From the IMG/VR virus record IMGVR_UViG_3300028901_000135, positions 1 to 37,376 of that record: DNA of 37,376 bases; one strand, given 5' to 3'. The notes under the pieces are model-generated. The model ran no database searches. It had not been told where the DNA came from and saw only the letters and a program-made list of their open reading frames with translations. A program made the translations under genes and the position numbers. This document shows, piece by piece, positions 16,719-22,647 of the stretch (position 1 is the stretch's first letter; each line of letters opens with the position of its first letter). The DNA comes from a virus.

Positions 16719-17141
16719 CTACCCGGGCTGTTCGGATTTCTTGGTATCGATCCATTTGAAGCCGTGTTTTTCGAGCACTTCCACTGTCAGCGCCTCGCCC
16801 TCGGGAGATGCGGGATTGATCTTGTACGAGGCGAGGGTATCGGCCAGCTCGTGCGTGGCCTCGAAGAGCGCTTTGCGCATCTCGGGCGGCAGGGCGTCGA
16901 AGGGAAGATCGAAGCTGGGACGGGGCAGGCCGAGCACGTCATAAACATCGGAGCCGAGTTTCGCAAGGGCGGTAATGTATTTATGATGCCTTGGGGTCTT
17001 CCCTCCCTTCTTCATCCACTGCGACATGAGCGACTGTGGTACGCCAAGCATGGCGGCAAATTCGGTGATGGAGCGATCGTTCCCGATCGCGTCTCCGCGC
17101 CATTCTACGTATTTTTTCTGTATCCAGTCCGAAAAAATCAT
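16719..17141 (-). CDS. CI-like HTH transcriptional repressor, 140 aa
   Basis: XRE-type HTH SITEFAAMLGVPQSLMSQWMKKGG. Divergent from the Cro-like gene. ATG 17141 lies about 8 nt downstream of an extended -10, suggesting a leaderless mRNA. The track's TTG 17165 start would lie upstream of that promoter. Confidence 0.7.
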   Translation of the reverse strand: MIFSDWIQKKYVEWRGDAIGNDRSITEFAAMLGVPQSLMSQWMKKGGKTPRHHKYITALAKLGSDVYDVLGLPRPSFDLPFDALPPEMRKALFEATHELADTLASYKINPASPEGEALTVEVLEKHGFKWIDTKKSEQPG

Positions 17142-17149
17142 TTGGTTAT

Positions 17150-17158
17150 ATTTTAGCA
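17150..17158 (-). promoter_or_regulatory. Extended -10 promoter element (TGcTAAAAT on the - strand) for the repressor
   Basis: Reverse complement of attttagca. No SD lies between it and ATG 17141. Confidence 0.45.
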
Positions 17159-17184
17159 CTTTCAAGAATTATTCAGCTAAGTTC

Positions 17185-17213
17185 TTGACAAAATAATAAG
17201 CCCGTGCTATTCT
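17185..17213 (+). promoter_or_regulatory. Rightward early promoter: TTGACA (17185-17190), 17-nt spacer, TATTCT (17208-17213)
   Basis: Read directly; about 40 nt upstream of the RHH gene. Confidence 0.55.
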
Positions 17214-17238
17214 ATTACCAAGTAATAATTAATTACTT
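17214..17238. promoter_or_regulatory. Operator-like overlapping dyads built from GTAAT/ATTAC half-sites
   Basis: ATTAC-caa-GTAAT (17214-17226) and AAGTAAT-aatta-ATTACTT (17220-17238) lie at the expected early transcript start. A further dyad CAAGAA..TTCTTG lies at 17163-17187. Confidence 0.5.
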
Positions 17239-17253
17239 AGTAACGGAGAGGCC

Positions 17254-17454
17254 ATGGGAGATAAAGTCAAATTGAATTTCTATGTGGAAGCCAGCACCGA
17301 GCGCAAGCTCGAGGACCTGGCACGTTTGACGTTTCGCGGGAAAAACGGAACGATCGATTGGCTGGTCGATGAGGCGTGGAAGCGACTGGCCGCGAATTTT
17401 GATAAAGAAGCGATCGTGGTCGAGCCATGTGAGAAGCCAGAGGAACCGGCATGA
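17254..17454 (+). CDS. Ribbon-helix-helix (Arc/CopG-like) DNA-binding protein, Cro analogue by position
   Basis: N-terminal KVKLNFYVEASTERKLEDLA fits the RHH beta-strand plus helix pattern. It is the first gene of the rightward operon. Confidence 0.65.
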   Translation: MGDKVKLNFYVEASTERKLEDLARLTFRGKNGTIDWLVDEAWKRLAANFDKEAIVVEPCEKPEEPA

Positions 17455-17534
17455 GCATCATCGGAATGGTTGTTCTAGGCATCGGGTTGGTGGGGATGGC
17501 GCTGATCGGGACCGCTTACATCCTGTGGGGCTAA
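17451..17534 (+). CDS. Possible 27-aa single-TM peptide (MSIIGMVVLGIGLVGMALIGTAYILWG)
   Basis: ATGA overlap with the RHH gene stop; below the ORF-track size cutoff. Confidence 0.35.
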   Translation: MSIIGMVVLGIGLVGMALIGTAYILWG

Positions 17535-17681
17535 GGCAAAGAACAGAAAAGGAGGCCGAAGTGAACGAATACGTTTGGTCGGGATAGATGTGGTCACCAC
17601 CTTGGGTGGTGATGGTGGCGCGCGCGAGAAGGTCATGCGCACAGAATAGCACGGACTAGCGGAAAACGGGATTTCGGGGAA

Positions 17682-17714
17682 CCTAACCCCCGCCCTTCCC
17701 TAGAGGGAAGGGAG
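17682..17714 (+). repeat. Family-H hairpin repeat
   Basis: Intergenic, upstream of 17745. Confidence 0.9.
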
Positions 17715-17744
17715 CGGATCAAACCAAACAATAAGGAAAAAATA

Positions 17745-18095
17745 ATGAACATGGTGATCGACCGGGAAACATTGGCCAAGGTGCTGGCGGCGGAGCCAAC
17801 CGTCGCGATGGCGCCGGACGTGCTGAGCAAAATCGTGGTGAAGGCCCTCGAACACGAGACGTTGAACCCGCTGTACGCGGTGGTGGTCTCGGCGGAAACG
17901 GGGGTCTTTTCGATGCTGGTGAAGGACCTGACGCGGCGGGTGCAGGAACGCTACCAGAGCCTGGAGATCTCACCGGCGCGGGTGGGGCGGGTGGTGACGC
18001 AGTTGGGGCTGCGGTCGTTGCGCACGCGCGACGGTTACCGTCTGTGGTGGAACCGGTCGCAGTTGGTGCTGCTGAAGAACGCGCTGGGGGTGTGA
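17745..18095 (+). CDS. Hypothetical protein, 116 aa, upstream of and coupled to the tyrosine recombinase
   Basis: A-rich SD-like tract upstream; its stop TGA 18093-18095 is one nt before ATG 18097. Confidence 0.55.
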   Translation: MNMVIDRETLAKVLAAEPTVAMAPDVLSKIVVKALEHETLNPLYAVVVSAETGVFSMLVKDLTRRVQERYQSLEISPARVGRVVTQLGLRSLRTRDGYRLWWNRSQLVLLKNALGV

Positions 18096-18096
18096 G

Positions 18097-19092
18097 ATGG
18101 AAGCTAACAGCTATCAGCTAACAGCTATCAGCCAGAAACAGCGTGTAGAACGGCCCTGGGTGGAAAACTTCTTTGAGTTTCTGAGAGAAGAACGGGCTGA
18201 GAAGACTGTGGCGGCTTACGCGCAGGATTTGAAGCATTTTTGCGCGTGGTTCAAGCGGGCAAACGCGGAGGTCTTCGCGCCTGGACTTTTGAATACCAGG
18301 GATCTCCGGGATTATCGCACCTGGTGCCTGGAAGTGGAGCACGCGGCGCCGGCGACGTGGAACCGGCGGCGGGCGACGCTGCGCATCTTGTGTTCCTGGG
18401 TAGAGACGCACGAGGTAGAGACGCAAAATCTTGCGTCTCTACGGGTGGCCTGCGAGAAGGCGCTGAAACCTGCCGACGAGGTGGAACAGGCGCCGCGGTG
18501 GCTGGAGCCGTGGGAGGAGCGCAAGGTGCTGCGCCAGGTGGAGATCAACGTCAACGCGGCCAGGACCGTGCTCCAGCGAGAGCGGGCGCTGCGCGACGCG
18601 GCCATGGTCGCTCTGATGCGCTATGCGGGGCTGCGGGTGGACGAGGTGGCGAACCTCGAGGCGGGGGACGTGCAGATCTCGGAGCGCAAGGGGGAAGTGA
18701 CGGTGCGGCAGGGGAAGCGGGAGAAGACGCGGCGGGTGCCGTTGTCCAGTTCGGCGCGGGAGGCGATCTGTGCATGGATCGCTGTCCGCTGTCCGCTGTC
18801 CGCCGAGGCGCTGTTCTCGGACAAAAGCGGATCGCGGATCGCGGACCGCTCCATTCAGAAGCGTGTGGAGCTGCTGGCTGAGCAGACGGGGATCGATGAG
18901 CTGACCTGTCACGCGCTGCGGCACACGTGCGCGAAATCGATGGTCGATGCCGGGCGGCCGCTGACCGAAGTGCAGCGGATCCTGGGGCACGAGAAGCTGG
19001 AGACAACGGCGAGGTACGTGCAGCCGGGGCGGGAAGACCTGGCGGAGGCGGTCGAGGCGGGCGAACTTGGGAAGATGAGGAAGAAGATTTAA
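18097..19092 (+). CDS. Tyrosine recombinase (XerC/D-phage integrase family)
   Basis: SAM-like N-domain (TVAAYAQDLKHFCAWF) and a catalytic region with LRVDEV, HALRHTCAKSMV, LGHEKLETTARY. It carries in-frame repeats at 18103-18130, 18400-18442 and 18781-18801. Its stop is supplied by family-K copy 2. Confidence 0.85.
   Translation: MEANSYQLTAISQKQRVERPWVENFFEFLREERAEKTVAAYAQDLKHFCAWFKRANAEVFAPGLLNTRDLRDYRTWCLEVEHAAPATWNRRRATLRILCSWVETHEVETQNLASLRVACEKALKPADEVEQAPRWLEPWEERKVLRQVEINVNAARTVLQRERALRDAAMVALMRYAGLRVDEVANLEAGDVQISERKGEVTVRQGKREKTRRVPLSSSAREAICAWIAVRCPLSAEALFSDKSGSRIADRSIQKRVELLAEQTGIDELTCHALRHTCAKSMVDAGRPLTEVQRILGHEKLETTARYVQPGREDLAEAVEAGELGKMRKKI
18103..18130 (+). repeat. Tandem 14-mer x2 (gctaacagctatca)
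   Basis: Codons 3-11 of the annotated tyrosine recombinase (ANSYQLTAISQ). Confidence 0.9.
18400..18442. repeat. Family-V hairpin GTAGAGACGCAA-aatc-TTGCGTCTCTAC, preceded by a partial direct copy
   Basis: 12-bp stem at 18415-18442. In frame in the tyrosine recombinase (VETHEVETQNLASLRV). Confidence 0.9.
18781..18801 (+). repeat. Tandem 7-mer x3 (gctgtcc)
   Basis: In frame in the tyrosine recombinase (AVRCPLS). Confidence 0.9.
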
Positions 19093-19121
19093 CCACGAAA
19101 CACACGAAAGACACGAAAAGG
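19085..19121 (+). repeat. Family-K repeat, copy 2
   Basis: Its TAA (19090-19092) terminates the tyrosine recombinase. It is followed by aggagg and GTG 19129. Confidence 0.9.
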
Positions 19122-19128
19122 AGGAAAT

Positions 19129-19320
19129 GTGGAAGAAAAAGGGAAAGAGAGGGCGGTGGTCCACGTGCGGGTGACGACGGACCGGGTGTTGGTGGAGAGC
19201 GTGGCGACGCGGATCAGCGAGATCCTGGAAGCGGAGGGCTACGAGATCATCGAGCAAACCGGGCTGCGGGCGGACCGCGAGGATCCGCTCAACGGCAAGG
19301 TATTTATCACGGCGAGATAG
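19129..19320 (+). CDS. Hypothetical protein, 63 aa
   Basis: GTG 19129 follows aggagg. Confidence 0.45.
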   Translation: MEEKGKERAVVHVRVTTDRVLVESVATRISEILEAEGYEIIEQTGLRADREDPLNGKVFITAR

Positions 19321-19339
19321 ACCAGAAAGGGAATGAAAG

Positions 19340-20020
19340 ATGAGCGTTGAACAGTATATCGAGAGCGCCTACGAGGCGCGGCGGGCCGCGATGGCCGAGG
19401 AAGCGGTGAAAGAGGTGGCGCGCAAGCAGGAGCAGGCGGAGAAGGAAGCGCTGCAACTGGCGAAGCTGCGTGAGTTTATGGCGCAGCACATGCCCGAGGA
19501 GATGCTGGACTTCGTGGAGTGGCTGAAAGGGTATGACCTGTTCCAAAGCCAGCAGCTCGTTGTACGCGCGCCCGGGTGCGTGCCGGTGGCGCTGATTTTG
19601 TACGTTGGTGCGCGGGACGCGGAATATCACACACACGATAAGGGTTCTTTGTGGATCGTGCCATCGCTGTACATCAGCAAGCCGCACTGGGATGCGGAGG
19701 AGAACGAGATTTTCGCGGGAAGAGCCGAATGGAGTTGGGGGCATTCCCCGAAGCCCTATGACTGGCTCTATGCGAACGATTTCCGCGAAGCGATCGGGCA
19801 CGCGCGCGAACGATGGCTGCGCCTGGCCGAAGCCGAGGCGGAGAACAAACGGCTGTACGACGAGCTGACGGTCAAGAACCGCGAGGCGATGGCGCGTAAA
19901 GACGTTGAGGCCGAGTATGTGCCGGTGCTCGAAGAGGTCAACCCGGAGCACGTGCTGGTCCAGGCGCTGCGCGAGTACGTGTGGCGGCTGGTCGATGCGC
20001 GGATGATCGGGGCGGAATAG
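19340..20020 (+). CDS. Hypothetical protein, 226 aa
   Basis: ATG follows gggaatgaaag. Coding-like composition; no motif recognised. Confidence 0.6.
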   Translation: MSVEQYIESAYEARRAAMAEEAVKEVARKQEQAEKEALQLAKLREFMAQHMPEEMLDFVEWLKGYDLFQSQQLVVRAPGCVPVALILYVGARDAEYHTHDKGSLWIVPSLYISKPHWDAEENEIFAGRAEWSWGHSPKPYDWLYANDFREAIGHARERWLRLAEAEAENKRLYDELTVKNREAMARKDVEAEYVPVLEEVNPEHVLVQALREYVWRLVDARMIGAE

Positions 20021-20126
20021 GTGCAGTACGCCGCACAGATCCGCGTGGTGCACGTGCCCTGCCCGCCCGAGAAGGAGCGGCGGTTTCGGGCAGCCTGCGC
20101 GGCTCTGGTGCGGTTGTTGGAGGAAT

Positions 20127-20486
20127 ATGGCCAATCACGAATGGATGAAATGGGTGGGGATCGCGCTGTGCGCGACGACGACGGCGATGATCCTGCTGGC
20201 GCAGCACTACTGGCTGCGCGGGCGGCGGCTGCACCCGACGCTGAACTACATCCTGGGGACGCTGGCGATCTACCTGCCGCTGACGGGGCTGTTTTTGCTT
20301 TGGCACTCGTACCTGGTCGTGGCGGCGCTGTGGATCGTGACAGCGCTGGGCGGCGGGGCAGTGATCGCTTCGTACCTCGTCGACGGATGGTTAGGCGTGC
20401 GGGCCAGGTTGGAGGCGGCGGAAAACGAGAGCGGGTTGCTGAGGGAGGCGCTGCATGACGCGGGGCAGACTGGCGAGCTGGATTGA
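20127..20486 (+). CDS. Membrane protein, 119 aa (3 TM helices)
   Basis: Clear hydrophobic helices in this frame; the overlapping frame 20021..20458 turns into Ala/Gly/Arg/Asp-rich off-frame sequence. Confidence 0.6.
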   Translation: MANHEWMKWVGIALCATTTAMILLAQHYWLRGRRLHPTLNYILGTLAIYLPLTGLFLLWHSYLVVAALWIVTALGGGAVIASYLVDGWLGVRARLEAAENESGLLREALHDAGQTGELD

Positions 20487-20715
20487 GACGGCGCGCGAGC
20501 GGGTGGAGGGGGAGCTGGCCAGCCTGGGGACGGCGCGGGTTTTGATCGGGCTGGCGGCGGAGCGCGTGGAGAGCGCCTGGCTGAGCGGGCAGACGAGCGC
20601 GCTGGGGCCTGTGGGCGAGGACCTGGACCGGGCCGATGAGTTGATTCACCGGGTGCAATCCCGGATAAAAAATCGATTTGAAAGGGAATGCGGAAATGAA
20701 AACGATCGGATTTAG
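20455..20715 (+). CDS. Hypothetical protein, 86 aa
   Basis: Overlaps both neighbouring genes; helical sequence. Confidence 0.45.
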   Translation: MTRGRLASWIETARERVEGELASLGTARVLIGLAAERVESAWLSGQTSALGPVGEDLDRADELIHRVQSRIKNRFERECGNENDRI

Positions 20716-21307
20716 GCTGGAAGTGGAATTTTTGACCCCAGTTTTGGGGTCGCAGCCGGCGAATAAGGCGCTGGCCAGCGAGTTCATCGCCAAGCGCAAG
20801 GGCCTGGAGAGCCTGCCGGAGAACGAGGACGAGCTGCTGCCGGAGGCGGTGGAGAAGGGCACGACGGTTTTTTATCGCTGGCCGAAGGATGAGAATATTC
20901 CGGCGCTGCTGAATTACCAGGTGCTGGGTTTTCTGAAAGCCTCCGCGCAGGTGCAGAACGGGCGCGTCGAGGGTGGCGTGAAGGCGCTGAAGAGCAAGGT
21001 GGAGAACAATATTTTCGTTTCGCCGCGGGTGATCCCGCTGGAGCTGCCGGAGGGCGGCGAGATGGACTACCTGGAGCGACCGCTGCGGGCAGAGACGATG
21101 CAAGGGCCGCGGGTGACGCTGGCGCGGAGCGAGATGCTGCCCGAGGGAACGCGCTTCTCCTGCGGGGTGGAGATCCTGGACGGCGGGGCGATCAACGAGG
21201 GCGTGCTGCGGGATCTGCTGGACTACGGCTATTACCGCGGGTTAGGTCAGTGGCACAACAGCGGGAGTTACGGGACGTTCCGCTACACGCTGACGCGGGA
21301 AGACTGA
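20696..21307 (+). CDS. Hypothetical protein, 203 aa, with RAMP (Cas7/Csm3/Cmr-like) hallmark motifs
   Basis: ATG 20696. Ordered motifs: FRLEVEFLTPVLGS, IPALLNYQVLGFLKAS, SEMLPEGTRFSCGVEIL, and a C-terminal glycine-rich loop YYRGLGQWHNSGSYGTFRY. The assignment is pattern-based only. Confidence 0.6.
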   Translation: MKTIGFRLEVEFLTPVLGSQPANKALASEFIAKRKGLESLPENEDELLPEAVEKGTTVFYRWPKDENIPALLNYQVLGFLKASAQVQNGRVEGGVKALKSKVENNIFVSPRVIPLELPEGGEMDYLERPLRAETMQGPRVTLARSEMLPEGTRFSCGVEILDGGAINEGVLRDLLDYGYYRGLGQWHNSGSYGTFRYTLTRED

Positions 21308-22129
21308 GCGAGGGCGTTGCGCTGCTGGGCGGTGCTTTGATCTGCTTGGCGATGGATCGGCATAGTTGACCTCAGTTGAGCTGGGCGGCGGGAAGGCGTT
21401 GTAGGGCTGACCAATGAGGTGAAGCGATGGAACAGTCCCGTTCTGCGGCGGCATGGAGTGGTCAAGCAAGGCAGTGTGAAGGCAAAGTCGGGCCATGAGT
21501 GGCAAGGAAGTGTGACGGCAAAGTCGGGCCATGAGTGGCAAGGAAGTGTGACGGCTGGGCATCGTTTGGCACCCAAGGGAAACGCAGGGGAAGGGCGGAG
21601 CAGTTGGCTGCGGAGCAAGGGCAGGGATCGGTGATGAAAAGTATCGCATCGCGATGGCAAGGAGTTGTAGCGTGACACCAGGCAATGTTTGGCAAGGGCA
21701 TAGCAGAGCAGGGAACGATGTGCATGGGCTGGGCCACGAAAAGCCTTGCGCTGCCCGGCGAGGGTTGCGCATAGCACCGCTGTGACAAGCGAGAGCGTGG
21801 AGCTGCGGCGCGGGGCGTGGTTGCGGATAGCAATGGCAAGGAGAAGCTGTGAGATGTAGTGCGAAGGCTGTGAATGGATCGGAGTTGTGTTGTCGCGAGG
21901 GGCGAGGGCAAAGCAATGTGTTGCGCAGTCAAGTCTTGTAGAGGCTAAGTTTGTCTAAGCTATGTCTTGTGTCGGCCTTGAACAGCAGCGCGCTGAAGGG
22001 ATCCGTGAAGGTTAGGCAGTGCTAGGAAATGTCCGGCAACTGATTAGCGCAGTTAGGTTCGTTTGGCGAAGGCTATGGATAGCCTTGTTCAGAAAAGCAA
22101 AGGCAAAGTGCGGATTGAAGGGACATGCA
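21308..22129 (+). other. ~0.82-kb region with no credible ORF; repeat-containing, candidate non-coding RNA or protein-binding array
   Basis: All three + frames are dense with stops. The - strand ORFs are Pro/Ser/Cys/His-rich shadows. TGGCAAGGA recurs five times. Confidence 0.55.
21481..21552 (+). repeat. Two perfect tandem copies of a 36-nt unit (ggcaaagtcgggccatgagtggcaaggaagtgtgac), plus a degenerate partial copy at 21463-21480
   Basis: Read directly. Related 36-nt-spaced TGGCAAGG units occur at 21654 and 21690. Confidence 0.9.
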
Positions 22130-22402
22130 ATGGCAACGATTTGTGAAGCATGCGGCGAAGAGCCAGGCACGCACCACGTTACGCTGAGCGTGAGCGTGGT
22201 GGGGCCGAAGAGCGATAAGCGCAAGCTGGTCCAGTTCTGGCTGGGCGAGCGCTGCGTCAAGGCGCTGGCGCAAACCATGGAGCGCGGGCCGTCGCAGCGC
22301 ATGCGCGTGGCGCGGCGGATGACCGAATTCCCGGAGTATTTGAGCCATTGGAAGGATTGGCGTAACCGCACATGGCCGGATCGGGCGGAGGCCAGGCCGT
22401 GA
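22130..22402 (+). CDS. Hypothetical protein, 90 aa, N-terminal CxxC (MATICEACGEE...)
   Basis: ATG 22130 follows gaaggga. The upstream part of track ORF 22019 looks non-coding. Confidence 0.5.
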   Translation: MATICEACGEEPGTHHVTLSVSVVGPKSDKRKLVQFWLGERCVKALAQTMERGPSQRMRVARRMTEFPEYLSHWKDWRNRTWPDRAEARP

Positions 22403-22560
22403 GGGCGCACCCCTCCCCCATCCGCGGCGCGCGGGTATTTCTGAAATTAGTAGCAATGAAATTCCCGAAGTTCACCTATTCATACCCAAATCCTGCCCCG
22501 GGCGGGCATGCGCCAAGATTCGCGGGCGGGTGGTCTGGGGCGAGTGCGTGTAATGTCCGA

Positions 22561-22640
22561 TTATGCGCCCTGTTTGGGGCGATTGGGCGGTTTTTAGCCG
22601 GTTTTTCGAGGTTTTAGCGCGGGTTTTTTAGGGCGCATAA
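22561..22640. promoter_or_regulatory. 11-bp perfect inverted repeat (ttatgcgccct / agggcgcataa) enclosing four ~11-nt-phased GGTTTTTAG-type T-tracts, directly upstream of the primase SD
   Basis: Arms at 22561-22571 and 22630-22640. T-tract units start at 22589, 22600, 22610 and 22621. Confidence 0.6.
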
Positions 22641-22647
22641 CAGGAGT

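Noticed and set aside
17594-17612. tcaccacc-ttg-ggtggtga dyad as attP core or terminator
   Set aside because: It is a perfect 8-bp stem, but no T-run follows it and the flanks have no extended imperfect symmetry. It is kept only as a candidate mentioned under the two-recombinase finding.
20021-20458. 145-aa ORF starting at GTG 20021, right after the stop of 19340..20020
   Set aside because: Only the first ~35 codons look protein-like. Beyond 20127 the alternative frame encodes a clear 3-TM protein, while this frame becomes Ala/Gly/Arg/Asp-rich. A short leader peptide or a recoding event cannot be excluded, but nothing supports either.
21463-21552. Possible CRISPR array, because the repeat unit is 36 nt
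   Set aside because: The units are directly tandem with no spacers and there are only about 2.5 copies. Families H and K are dispersed over the genome and are not arrayed. No cas1 or cas2 is present.
21419-21634. 71-aa + strand ORF in the ORF-free region
   Set aside because: Its sequence is just the 36-nt tandem repeat read through (SGHEWQGSVTAK twice). It has no SD.
21242-21932. Three overlapping - strand ORFs (224, 164 and 156 aa) across the ORF-free region
   Set aside because: All three reverse frames are open simply because the + strand lacks TTA, CTA and TCA here. The translations are Pro/Ser/Cys/His/Leu-rich, and one overlaps the 3' end of gene 20696..21307.
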